Shown one piece after another: positions 39,901 to 48,416 of a stretch of DNA of 64,000 nt. Each line of letters opens with the position of its first letter. Positions within the stretch are counted from its first letter, which is position 1. Source of the DNA: Gnetum montanum. Lineage: Eukaryota > Plantae > Gnetophyta. A program made the position numbers and the translations under genes. Location: assembly GCA_015680685.1 (NCBI GenBank), contig MNCI01000958.1:313330-377329 (forward strand). The letters are read 5' to 3'. The notes below the pieces were generated by a model, which did not search any database, had not been told where the DNA came from, and saw only the letters and a program-made list of their open reading frames with translations.

Positions 39901-42900
39901 CATGACAATAACCCTTGCCAAAACAATATCTTCTGCAAAACATCAACAAACCTACAAGTGAAACCATGGATATCATTAATCCAACCACAAATCCTTTTGA
40001 TCTACAATCAGGATTATCTACTTTAACATGGCTTCCAACCACACTTGGCTACAAAACATCACACCTATTTGAAGCCACCACTGAACTCCAAAGTACATCT
40101 TTCTCCTTTACTATTTATGCTACTGTGACTCTCTGCAACTTCTATAACTATGACCACATTGCATACATATACACTGCCACTAACTTCATTGTCATGTTGC
40201 AATCCTCCTAAGCCTCTTGTTGCACTATCATTGTCAATGATTGTGGCATATCTCACCACAACAACACTTTTTTTCATTGCTCGCCATAACATACTTTTGA
40301 ATTTGATGCTACAAAAACCCTTGAAACTATGTTGCCCTTATTGTTGAACTGCATTGCTTGCTGAACTTTGAAATCTTTGCTCTCAAGATTCAAAGACCAT
40401 GCATGATGTAAATATCACCACTTTATTTGGCATGCCTATCACAATCATATTTCACCTCACCACTATGCACAAGGTTCTTGTTTATAGGTGTGAAACCCTC
40501 ATCTATAGCAAACCCTCATAGGGCACCAACAAAACAATCCTTTGTATGTGTGCATCCTACATCAAGTCAAATGTGGTGAATTAGTTACCAAGTCTAACTA
40601 TGAAATGGCATTCTTATGCTTTGTAGCAATGTTGATGCCTTCATCACCAATGTTGAATCATGTACGATCTGATACCACTATTAGGTTGTATCTGACTTTC
40701 TATTCAATTTTACAAGTTTTGATACCATTGTTAGGGTCCATCAATAATAATAGATTCTATGATTGGAAATAAAATTAGTACAATGGATTAGCTCAATCAA
40801 AATAAAATCTATCACATTTGAAGCCCTAATGAAAGGTAAGAAATAGAAAGCAAGTCCTAAGCCCCTATTAGACTGAGGCAAACACTCAAGCAATTAATTC
40901 TATCTCAATTTATATGTGTTGTTGCTACCAAGCTAACTCACAGTTCATTGAACCTAGACATATTCTCTAGTTCCCTACAAACTTCTAGAAAATTTCAGTG
41001 GCTAATATTGTTGGTATTGCTATCTATTCCAACAATTCTTGTTGGATATACTAAATAGTCCAACTTGCTAGTGTGATGGATAACACCTTGGATAATAAAT
41101 AGAGGGTTAGTGTTTGTTTTTACACTTTGTGAGTAACTCTAATTTACTAGGACCTTCGCAAGAATAACAAAAATAATTCTGATAGAATGATTCACAAAAT
41201 ATATAATGCAATTGAACTGTCCATATTTTTATTTTATTTTTTCTATAAGATGTTTTAAATGATACTAGATTCATCATCAATAGCAATTGATTTCTCAAAG
41301 ATGAAAGAGAGAATAAATAGTGTTACAGTTAACAGTTAGTTGAGATGAAGTATGCAATGGTTAATTTTAAACTATAAAAACTTGCTTGTATTGAATAACT
41401 GTCTTTTCATGAGTAAGCAATAGACTTTTTTATTTCAATTTAATGACTATCCCTAGGTGCAACCACTTAAAAAAGTGATTACATTTTTACTCATCTACTA
41501 ACCTTCCCAAGACCTTACTTGGCAAGATGAACATTGAGTCTCTAGTTGATCCTTTTCCCATTTTGTTGGGACAAGGCTAGGATGATGATTACCCCTTCAT
41601 GTCACTTTCCATATCACTTGTAAATGAAATTTCATGTATCCATCATCATCATCATCCTAGTCTTATCCCAACTAGATGGGATTAGCTTTTTGCTATTCAC
41701 TTCTATTAAGAGCCAAATAAACATTAACACCCGAATAGTAGATATCCTTCTTGATGCTTGCAAATCAGGTATGTCTTTATTGTTTCCCCTCAACTTGAAT
41801 AAAGTGACCTCTTCAAATTTGGTAAGATAGGTGCACAAGCAGAATACGAACAAGGAAGGCTAGGATGGTTGCAAATAGGAAGGTCAGGATGGTTGCAGAT
41901 AGGAAGGTTAGGATGGTTGTAGACAAGTGTAGTAGGAGGAAGAGGAATGAAGGATAAATTTGCTAGGAGAGCCTAAATTAGTGGATTCCCCTCATGGCAG
42001 GATGGATGTTTGTGTTTTTTTAGTTTGTCGATTTCCTCTTTCACATCCAAGGATGGGAAGAACATGCTGAATTAGGCGTTTTTAGGCACAAAGTGGAAAG
42101 CTTGCCGGGGCTTTCATGGATATGGGGTTTTCTATTTTTGGGGTGAGTCAATTTTGATAAGGGGTATGTCGGGGAAGTGTCTGCCTGGAAGGGCTGTGTC
42201 CCCTTGACTAGGGTTGGCTCGGGTAGCTGACAAGTTTGTTTGGCTTCATGAGCTAAGCAACTTGTACATATTTTTCTCTGATTTGAATAAATCCTGACCT
42301 TTTCTCAAAAAAAAAAAAAAAGATATCTTAGTCAAATCAGTTTCTCATTTCTTTCCTCTTTTTATTTATGCATGTTTTCTTCCTTTGTTCATGTGCTGGT
42401 ATTACTCTATTTGGTCTAGATCATATTTTCATATGATATATTTGAAGATTTTTTTATCAAGGTTTGAGTTGGTGCTTCCTCCTTGTGGCTTCAAACAATT
42501 GTGACTCCTTTCTTGATGTGTGCTTCATCAAATAGGAAGATGATGTAAAATGGTATCTTTTACTGTAGATCGAAAGCTTGGAATTTTATTTTGATCACAT
42601 GTCTTCTTCTAATCTCATTTTTTAATATTATGATGATTTGTCTCCTTTTGTTATCTTAACAATATTCTTCCTTCCTTTGTTACAGCATGTTTGCTTTTTT
42701 GGAAAAATGTTTGAGCGATATTATTCCAAAAAAAGATTGTACAGATGTACAAAGTGGGTCATCGACCCTAGGCCCCAAAACCATCCCAACCACATGGCTT
42801 CGAGGCCTCCTGCAANATGACTCAACCAGTTGTGCAGCCCCAAGAACAATCGCAAAAATCAACAGTTCGGGGATAGCCAACCCAAGGCCCTAACACAGCC

Positions 42901-45900
42901 AAGACATAGAAAACCCTCCCCCCTGGTTTGGCTAGGCCATGTAACCTTACAGGGATGCATTCGGCCCCAAGCCACTGTGCCCCATAGTCTTGGCCCATTG
43001 CGAAATCGACCCCCTACTCTCTGCCGCAGCAGAGGCCTTGGAAGCCATCATGCCCATCATAGTTTGCTTAACCGTGGTGTTGGGACCAAGCACCAATCTC
43101 TGATTGTTCTCTTCGATGAGCTGCACTAGGCCTGTCTAGTCTTTAGTGATGACTGCTTCCATCCATCGAAGGTCTTGCAAGCGCAAGGAATTCGCCTCCC
43201 ATTGGGCCTCCTACTGCATGTCCTCCCACTGCAGTTGCCACAGTGCATGCTCCTCTAGGCACACCTGCTCGGTAGCCAGGTGGCACTCATCTAGCCACAT
43301 TCTGCCATTGGTGCACCACTCCAGCTCTAGCTCCCCATCCGCAGACTGGCTTGGCCCCTCGACCCTTTCCAAAACAAGGCTCGAACTACCCTATGTCTGT
43401 GCCCTGGCTCCCTACCCGTGGCCCTGCCTCCGTTGATAGACAATTGTTGGCACCAGATGCGCAATCGGCACACCCCCACACCATAGCACAAGAACCACCC
43501 CTAGGTGCTACCCTAACCATCGCCTCCATAGGGATTCCCAGAAAAACTAGGGTAGATTGACAAGGGAGCCATGTTGCAAATGCTTGAGGAAGGTGAAATG
43601 TACACTCACAAGCTTGTGGGGGTATCCCAATTGGACGAAATACCTTTCCACTAGAACTACAGCCTCCCTCTCGATGCCCTACAACCCACTAGAAATGTGC
43701 ACATGGCCTGGCAGAATGCCCAACATTTGAATAATCTTGGCCTGCACCCTTCCATTTGTGTGAATGAGGTATATGGCCAACTTCCCTTTATTCACTTCAA
43801 GGCCCACCTTGTGTTGCATCCTAGCCATTGCTTGTAACAGAGCCATTGCCTGCGGCACCGCAGGCCTAGAGAAGACCATCGTATCATCAACATAGTGTGC
43901 TGCCAGACTATGCACCCCAGCAACATGAAGTCCCTAAACGCCTTCGGCAAGGTAGTAGCTTTTGAACAAATTCATGACTGATAAAGAGGAGCAGTGACAG
44001 TGGATCACCTTGTCTCAATCCATGCCCTATCCTAGCGAACCTATAGAGCCTCTCGTCAATGTCAAGAGAATAGTGGTTGCTTTGTTGCATTTGAATACAT
44101 AGGTTTACGAACTTGGCATCAAAACCCTTCGCCATCATTACCATCTTGAGCGCTGCCCAACTCACTGTGTCATAAGCCTTGGTGATATCAAGCTTAAGAC
44201 ACATTCCCAGAAATCAAGCCATCTTAATCGAGTGCAGGATCTCCTACAATAGCAACACATGGTCCTGCAAATAATGGCCCTTTATAAATCCAGCCTGATG
44301 CTTCCCAACCAACTTCACCATTAATGGTCCAACACGCCCAACCAACATCTTGGAAAAGACCCGCAGAAGGGTATAACAAACCTCAATGGTCTGGAAATGT
44401 CCAGGTGATGATGGGTGAGGGACTTTGGGTAGCAGCACCACCCTTGAGCAGTTGATTTCTCTCCTAACCTGCTGCCAGCAAAGCATACTATGAAAGCGCC
44501 CAGCAGATTGGGTCCCAAGATGTCTTCGTACTCCCTGAAGAATTTGATGGGCCACCCATCTGGCCCCAAAGCCTTGTTGGACTACATCGACTTCATAGCC
44601 CTCAGTAGCTCCTTCTTCGAAAATGGGCACAACAAATTTAGGTTGTTAGCACATGTAAGGACCCTTGGAATTGGCCCAAATATAGGCTCCGTTGCCTACT
44701 ACCTCCATATCTCCCCCCAAAATGCCTGCAGGGCTTCTAGCCCCCTCTTGCTGCTCTATGGACCTCCCCCACCTATGCCCTCCAACAAGCTCTGGATTTT
44801 GTTCTTGTGGGCCCAATTGGTTTTGGCCATAGCAAATAAGAAGCGTGTGTGCTTGTCCCCTTCCAGTAACCAAGTCACCCTTGATCGTTGGCGCTAGTAG
44901 CTCTCTTCCTCCTTGTCAAGCTCCTAGAGTTCTTGAAGCAGCTCTTGCTCTTCAATTTCCCAAGCGGCCCGCACTTCCTGCAACCATTGGATCTCCCACA
45001 ATTCCTCCTACACATGCTTCCTGTACCCTTGGAAACTATACTTGTCATTGGTTGCCTTGGTCTTGATGTCGATTTTTAGAGCCCATAGTCCATCTCTCAG
45101 GAACTGCCGAGGCTCCTGCACTCCTGTGTAATTCTACCAGATATTAGTCACCAACAGTTTCAGCCAAGCTTTGTGCAACAAGGTCCTCTCAAACCGGAAT
45201 GGGCGGGGTTCCCAACCCTCCTCAGACTAGATCTAGCAAAGGATGGACCAATGGTCTAAGGCCTACTGTTCTTTACCTTCCGCCTTGATGTCGAATTCCA
45301 ACATGAGGCCCACACTAACCCATATCTGATCAATCCTGGACTGGACCTGATCTGGTCCCCTCCGGCGGTTGCTCCAAGTGTATTTACATCCTAGAATCTC
45401 TAGATCAATGAACTCATATTGATAGAGGAAATCAACGCAAGCCTTGGCCCCCAAAGGATCCGTGCAATCATTTCCAAATTTCTTCCAACAATAGAGTCTC
45501 TAGTTGAAATTACCCAGCAACATTCATCTGGCAGTATTGGGGATTACCCCTACCACACGTGTGAGTTCTTGGACCCCAGGCCTCCTAGTGTTGCACCCCA
45601 TAAACATTTGTGAGCTAGAGATCCGCTTGCGGCACGTAAACAGTCTGACTCCAATCTAAATCTTCCACAAATCTGATTGGGATTTTAGCCAAAATGGCCA
45701 GCCCTCCTGTGCGGCCCCTACTAGGTACCAAGTGTGTATTCCATCTCTCCCAATTCAGCAATTTCTGTTTGGATGTTTGAACCTTTGTTTCCTATAAATA
45801 GACCACATCACATCCTGCCTCCCTAACCATCATTCGTATGGTATTTCTTTTGTATGGGGTACCTTGGCCCCAACAGTTCCAAGTGAGGATCTTCATGGAG

Positions 45901-48416
45901 ATGTAGACACCCATCTGTGGTACACCTCTTGCAGTGTTCGCTACATTCCCAAATTGATATCCAATTGCGTGGATTTCTTGCACGTTGTTGTTTTATCTGG
46001 GCATTCAACCTTGCATTCTGGTGGAAGGACAACCGCTCCAATTGAGCCCGTTGCCAACATGGCCAGTATGTCCTTCATTTTTGGCTCAAAGACCTTGTCC
46101 CACTGTTATCCATTCCCCGAATGGGGGTAACTCCATCTTTGAAACCGCCAGCTCATCTATTCGTTTAGCCGATGGAGGGTAGGGAGAGCCTTGGACCTTC
46201 CCATGACTCCCCCCCCCCTCTCCGGCCAACGACCCCTTAGTCCTACCTCCCACCAGCAATGGGTCCTCCTTTCCTTCCTCCACATGAGGTAACTTATTGC
46301 CCTTCATCAGTCCTTGTCCACCACCATTTGTTATGGGATGTGGGTGTTGGGGACCCCCTACTTCACAGCATGGTTGTTGATACCATTGGTTGTGGTGTCT
46401 TTTAGGAGATGCTGCCACCTTTTTATGCTTCGTTGAATTGTTGAAAAGAGAACTTCTTATAATAGGCTTTTACAAAGGGCTTCATTGCTTCTTTCCGTAC
46501 TTCAGCAGGTTCCCGGCTTATAGATCATCTGTTCTATTATCTTCGTTCAACTTCTCCTCTTTCTCTTTTCACACTTCGTAAGCATTGTATCCCTTGGATT
46601 TTTTTTCTCCAGTCTAGGTACTTAATTCTGCCCAAATTCTCGTACTTTCATCGATCCTTTTTGCTTGCTATCTTCAGTTAAGATTTTACAATCTTTGACC
46701 TCCTTTAATGACTTTACTAGCTCTAATACCATGTTAAAGTTTCGTTTTACACCTACGTGGGCAAATCTAATATATTAAGATCTATATTTAAGTGCATCAA
46801 GAGTTATCGTAAACTCTGCTAGTAGACTAATCATAGTATGTAATGATTCTTACAATTTTGAGTATTGTAAGTCTTATGATGTTTACGATCCTTTATATTA
46901 AGTGCACAAAGTTACAAGGAAACTAAATCTTAGATCAGCACTAATCATACGTTATTGTAGGTAGAGTATAACTAGTACTGGTTCTGGTTTTGACTCATTT
47001 TTGTAATTCCTTGTTATCATGTTTGGACTTTTTGGGAATTTACGTATGCTTAGTCTTATGTGGGCTGGGCCATGTTAGGCTCCTTGAATAATCCACAGCT
47101 AGGCTATGACAACTATCTTCAGCTGTCTTCTTTTTGCAACTTGGTTTAGTGAATCTTTTTCCTTTGCCTTCTAGCTTCTGGATTTACTGTGCTTACTTTC
47201 TTCAATCTTTTGTCCTTATGCCCAATCTTCCTTTGGGCATTGGGCATATCCGAGACTCACATTTCCAAGATAATTTGGGATTGTGTTACAAAGGTATTTC
47301 ATCATCCTTTACAAACTAGGATTAAGATCTTCCCCACAGGTAGCATTTGGAAGACCTAGGAGCTCATTTTCTAGAGCACGCATTTTGGGTGTACTTTCTT
47401 CTTCTTCTTTTTCTTCTTGTACTTACAGCATGGAATTACCTTCCTTCGGTCTCACAAACCGCCTTCTTCTTATCTTACTGGGTTATGATCACCTATCTTG
47501 TTGTTCCATAATGTTGTATGATAGTTATTATTCTATCTTACAAGGCATGTGCAAGGCCCTGTTGTACCTCATGAGTGGATGCGGCCATTCATGGATTGTC
47601 GTAGCCTTTCTTAATCTTATTTTCCTTATGTTCAGGAACTAATGATTGTACCTGGATTAGAGGATATATTCTAACAGTTCCTTTGCTGTAATTTTCTTTT
47701 CCATTTATTTAGTGTACTGGTATAAACCTGATATTCTAAGCTGACACTATCATGATTTTTACGGGGATTTTCATGATCAATTTTCTTAGAAAAGCTATCA
47801 TCTGCAAATCCATTATAATTGCTTGTTTCACTTTTAATTGAATCATATATTCTAATAATGTACAAGGTCATTAGAAACCATAATGCCTGCGTAATTAAAC
47901 AACACACATTGAATATGTGGGATCCGATTTGTGCAGGGAAAATTGTATCTCTTGCTCCTAGGAACAACTGCACTAAGCCTGGTACCACTGGGTTCTTTCC
48001 ATTTCTTAATAAGTAAATTATCTTTAATGAAGCATGGATACCTCAGACAGTTTTTTAATGCAGGTAACCACTCCATTGCTTTTTAAAATGATCCCAGTTG
48101 TGATGCATCTGGGTGTCCTCATGCGATGGTTCACCCCTGAAACCGGTACTCCTGAGGTTGGTATTCTTTTGATTTATAAGCATTGTACTTCAAACAAATA
48201 TAATTGGCAATGGAAATGCCAAGGTGTAAACCTTCTCAGCATTACCAACAATGTTGGATGGCTTAGGAAGTTCATGAAGAAGGATTAACATGTGGTAAAA
48301 ACGTGTGTGCATGTAAATTACAATTTCTGATCATTCATGTATCCTTTCTAAATTTGCAGGAATCTTTGAGTATGTTTCCAGCATCTAATGGTGTAACGGA
48401 TAATTGTTCATTTTAG
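684..48416 (+). CDS. KEA5: K+ efflux antiporter, KEA4/5/6 clade (KEA5-like), 20 exons, ~584 aa
   Basis: Manual splicing gives an open 1755-nt CDS with GT-AG introns and consistent phases: 684-924, 3086-3132, 3367-3431, 3544-3631, 3739-3800, 3970-4045, 4210-4284, 8058-8129, 8208-8291, 8378-8446, 9319-9396, 9518-9606, 9758-9854, 10104-10157, 27911-28006, 38536-38724, 38833-38910, 47937-47981, 48064-48156, 48360-48416. KEA motifs: EGSIAAMFDKVLEKEFS, GYLLAGSIIGPGGL, VETVAQFGVVFLLFALGLEFS, FLSMSSTAVV, LGLSLELGSF, AQIGEFAFVLLSRASNLH, LLLLGTTALSLVTTPLLF. Confidence 0.93.
1503..1860 (+). mobile_element. LTR-like fragment in intron 1 (runs into N gap), related to the LTR at 57349-58625
   Basis: Starts TGTTAG; GTCGAC/GGCCCC-rich block, TATA-like CTATAATT, then TTCCATAGGAGTTAGAATA, paralleling TTCCATTTGAGAGTTAGAATA at ~57905. 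Confidence 0.5.
3086..3132 (+). CDS. KEA5: KEA5-like exon 2 (DKDASNFNSSVAEQQ)
   Basis: catag acceptor, gttact donor; matches the FNSSVADQQ motif. Confidence 0.88.
3367..3431 (+). CDS. KEA5: KEA5-like exon 3 (AVLETVARVTHEKQKKNETVE)
   Basis: ttcag acceptor, gtaagt donor. Confidence 0.9.
3544..3631 (+). CDS. KEA5: KEA5-like exon 4 (GTRAFGIQDVFTLENE...TLIDKR)
   Basis: tgtag acceptor, gtacac donor; phase consistent. Confidence 0.9.
3739..3800 (+). CDS. KEA5: KEA5-like exon 5 (DNVFIISKPKSKYPILKLDI)
   Basis: ttcag acceptor, gtatat donor. Confidence 0.9.
3970..4045 (+). CDS. KEA5: KEA5-like exon 6 (LISDLVVVIVFATIGGVLFSSIGQP)
   Basis: caaag acceptor, gtgagt donor. Confidence 0.9.
4210..4284 (+). 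CDS. KEA5: KEA5-like exon 7 (VITGYLLAGSIIGPGGLGFVNELVQ)
   Basis: tgcag acceptor, gtgaga donor. Confidence 0.93.
8058..8129 (+). CDS. KEA5: KEA5-like exon 8 (VETVAQFGVVFLLFALGLEFSSSK)
   Basis: cttag acceptor, gttagt donor. Confidence 0.93.
8208..8291 (+). CDS. KEA5: KEA5-like exon 9 (LRVVGSVAVFGGLIQIFLFMCICCIIAL)
   Basis: tgcag acceptor, gtaatt donor. Confidence 0.92.
8378..8446 (+). CDS. KEA5: KEA5-like exon 10 (LCGAKPSEGIFVGAFLSMSSTAV)
   Basis: tgcag acceptor, gtaata donor. Confidence 0.93.
9319..9396 (+). CDS. KEA5: KEA5-like exon 11 (VLKFLMENNTASALPGQVTIGTLVLQ)
   Basis: gtaag acceptor, gttcaa donor. Confidence 0.9.
9518..9606 (+). CDS. KEA5: KEA5-like exon 12 (DCTVGLLFALLPVLGGGTDLFQGLASMMK)
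   Basis: aacag acceptor, gtatgt donor. Confidence 0.92.
9758..9854 (+). CDS. KEA5: KEA5-like exon 13 (LVLLAMFLATAAIITWSFVKHYLKLMMRLSSQ)
   Basis: tacag acceptor, gtaatt donor. Confidence 0.92.
10104..10157 (+). CDS. KEA5: KEA5-like exon 14 (TNELYQLASVAFCLLVAW)
   Basis: tgcag acceptor, gttagt donor. Confidence 0.93.
11440..12960 (+). mobile_element. RTE-clade LINE, degenerate 5' part (APE endonuclease)
   Basis: Decayed motifs MAT*NIGTLN and IAYFQETRWKGE (~11720-11830), GDFN (~12120), VANTYFKK, QIDYFLL. Confidence 0.75.
13271..13497. repeat. ~116-bp tandem duplication
   Basis: AGGAAAA(G/T)CCTAGGGAAAAC...TTATCCCATTTTT twice, with few differences. Confidence 0.85.
13634..15266 (-). mobile_element. 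L1-clade LINE copy B, 5'-truncated; retains only the ORF2 C-terminal extension (accessory domain, coiled coil, J-domain), 3'UTR and poly(A)
   Basis: T17 at 13634-13650; RGTEVIVIESSIARCMG and FFVQLGNGSKLQGIHFAFLKYLKLGVRVNLPRFF align to copy A; J-domain 14291-14094 with HPD at 14207-14199; terminal TAG 14036-14034. Confidence 0.85.
14094..14291 (-). pseudogene. DnaJ-like J-domain in LINE copy B (HPD intact, one in-frame TGA)
   Basis: CPYIILGINCDCTWGELWHHIHRTSARFHPDRGTLTEERN*RESTMQGLQQAASFVDIELHSNTLD fits the J-domain pattern Y-x-(I/V)LG...(Y/F)HPD...A...D. Confidence 0.75.
15540..15930 (+). mobile_element. RTE-clade LINE RT fragment (probable continuation of the element at 11440)
   Basis: NHRGIKFMSHTMK and FGFMSRGSTI resemble plant RTE NYRGIKLMSHTMK and QFGFMPGRST. 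Confidence 0.75.
16166..20771 (-). pseudogene. LINE ORF2 (~1500 aa reconstructed): APE, RT, zf-RVT, accessory domain, coiled coil, J-domain; 3 in-frame TAGs and several frameshifts
   Basis: MKVFSWNCRG, CLQETK, GDFN, FTWSNRR, IDRVWV, PGPDG, LKLDITKAYD, RQGDPLSPLLF, YADD, YLGLPL, CPSC...ETTQHFAVEC, WKARNNTVF. TAGs at 20588-86, 17516-14 and 16642-40; frameshifts at or near G/C runs (~20340, ~18900, ~17710, ~16950). Confidence 0.88.
16226..16423 (-). pseudogene. DnaJ-like J-domain at the C-terminus of LINE copy A ORF2 (HLD, one base from HPD)
   Basis: CPYFVLGISCECSWAELGRHIRRTSARYHLDAGGSQEDRGRRKSLMQGIQQAANFVDTKDHRNTLD; 40/66 identical to copy B by manual alignment. Confidence 0.75.
20768..22456 (-). 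CDS. LINE ORF1 (Thr/Ala-rich N-terminus, DUF4283-like RRM region, zinc knuckle); spans an N gap
   Basis: SLIGRF...GGPWFYGARGLALTPWRP...APVWVR...CGKPGHQEVDC. The ATG at 22456 is preferred because the 22495 ATG lies in junction filler. Confidence 0.8.
   Translation of the reverse strand: MNTPNATDATTATTATDATDATTATDATVVAKTTTPANDSAAATGATTGTTGTLDTTDTVTVAATATTATTIAGMTILAAAATSTGAGTGPFAEDTPNGLGASTITAHSRSDHTLRLRVNHPPTEGVRTIERSLIGRFISRGSRPCLDLIRRWVREQWQVGDVDVRSLSEDLLLFVLPSMQARDSVLLGGPWFYGARGLALTPWRPRAHRETDLFTRAPVWVRAADVPWVLWSLAFLTELAGFFSEFIAFDRVTRSMARMGFAQFCVWRSLSKTNLVREVVLELPGGEETLQVTFENLGTEPAPTYDPKAGRPGGCGKPGHQEVDCRLXXXXXXXXXXXXXXXXXXXXXXXXXXXXXXXXXXXXXXXXXXXXXXXXXXXXXXXXXXXXXXXXXXXXXXXXXXXXXXXXXXXXXXXXXXXXXXXXXXXXXXXXXXXXXXXXXXXXXXXXXXXXXXXTSPGAQLSPTKTHPHSTPPLSPRAPPGAGSEPTLPPLGEWVNVVQGSTRARRRQATEPTATVVRVGENRPGRPTETSTRNKQTQRDIDLGQQQTLREVYQRRTSGHT
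22504..22900 (+). mobile_element. RTE-clade LINE RT fragment, 3' of the copy A insertion
   Basis: DEIPWYMLF (cf. PWCMLFADD), KGLKISKSKIKYMES, DVRNRIKVGWLK. Confidence 0.75.
24430..24850 (+). mobile_element. Ty1/copia gag remnant (UBN2-type)
   Basis: DDEVQALILLSSLSASWETLVV-like segment followed by GKVTLSRVKDSLLNEQARRK. Confidence 0.7.
24915..25360 (-). mobile_element. RTE-clade LINE 3' fragment with (ATG)n-like tail
   Basis: Minus strand reads GTECWLIKEH*AQHVHVAEMHILRWMSGMTRK (RTE C-terminal motif); CATCAT tract at ~24915-24930. Confidence 0.7.
27911..28006 (+). CDS. KEA5: KEA5-like exon 15 (CSDKLGLSLELGSFAAGVMIASTDFAKHTFDQ)
   Basis: ttcag acceptor, gtacgg donor. Confidence 0.93.
28332..28477 (-). 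mobile_element. tRNA-derived SINE with a 14-bp TSD
   Basis: TSD CTAATAAGAATATG at 28318-28331 and 28478-28491; decayed A/B boxes; homologous to 51853-51991 and 54260-54352. Confidence 0.8.
29790..33680 (+). mobile_element. L1-clade LINE copy C, degenerate and internally deleted (APE missing), carrying the accessory domain
   Basis: ORF1 remnants (WVRILDLPLEF, CETCGKGH); RT (FRPIGVCN, KLDITKAYD, GLRQGDPLSPLLF, HYVDD); zf-RVT; WKGRNHLIF; then in frame FFNNW...FRGRQIKVTEGALVEVLG and YFVQCGYPHKLVGVHFAFLQCMKHGT*INLP. Ends approximate. Confidence 0.85.
35583..35763. repeat. Perfect 89-bp tandem duplication
   Basis: CAGTTTGACTTTCC...GCCTTCTTG twice. Confidence 0.9.
38536..38724 (+). CDS. KEA5: KEA5-like exon 16 (VEPIRNFFAALFLSSIGMLI...RTAVF)
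   Basis: ttcag acceptor, gtaagt donor. Confidence 0.93.
38833..38910 (+). CDS. KEA5: KEA5-like exon 17 (VGMSLAQIGEFAFVLLSRASNLHIVE)
   Basis: tgtag acceptor, gtatta donor. Confidence 0.93.
38861..39052 (+). repeat. 94-bp tandem duplication covering the 3' part of exon 17 and its donor site
   Basis: Copy 1 is 38861-38954, copy 2 is 38955-39048; ~5 substitutions; AATT microhomology at the ends. Confidence 0.92.
39350..41034 (-). mobile_element. Short non-autonomous LTR retroelement (TRIM-like or internally deleted copia)
   Basis: Diverged direct repeats 39350-39625 and 40729-41034, each TG...CA; tRNA-Met-type PBS (TGATACCA, 40720-40727) abuts one LTR and a PPT (reverse complement of ATCACCCTCTC) abuts the other; no clean TSD. 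Confidence 0.7.
41640..41829 (-). mobile_element. RTE LINE 3'-end fragment with (ATG)n tail
   Basis: Minus strand reads CCCATCTAGTTGGGATAAGACTAGGATGATGATGATG; a similar + strand end lies at ~41556-41590; shares AATAAAGTGACCTCTTC with ~25113. Confidence 0.55.
41830..42319 (+). mobile_element. L1-clade LINE copy E, short 5'-truncated 3' end with poly(A)
   Basis: Ends AATAAATCCTGACCTTTCTC-A15, resembling the copy A end AATATAATCCCGACCTCTTTCTCG-A; TSD AAGATA (41824-29 and 42320-25); contains 3 x 24-bp repeats. Confidence 0.7.
42695..46420 (-). mobile_element. L1-clade LINE copy D, degenerate, 5'-truncated in ORF1, with an internal deletion after the RT core
   Basis: ORF2 start MKILTWNCWGQGTPYKRN at 45896; YTWSNRR, CLKLDITKAYD, GLRQGDPLS, HYVDD. 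At ~43680 it jumps to RYFVQLGYPHKLVSVHFTFLKHLQHGSLVNLP, then a coiled coil and a short T tract at 42695. Confidence 0.85.
47937..47981 (+). CDS. KEA5: KEA5-like exon 18 (GKLYLLLLGTTALSL)
   Basis: tgcag acceptor, gtacca donor. Confidence 0.92.
48064..48156 (+). CDS. KEA5: KEA5-like exon 19 (VTTPLLFKMIPVVMHLGVLMRWFTPETGTPE)
   Basis: tgcag acceptor, gttggt donor. Confidence 0.9.
48360..48416 (+). CDS. KEA5: KEA5-like probable last coding exon (ESLSMFPASNGVTDNCSF*)
   Basis: Good pyrimidine tract and ttgcag acceptor, in phase, TAG at 48414-48416. The tail is poorly conserved, so less certain. Confidence 0.65.
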   Translation, partial: ESLSMFPASNGVTDNCSF

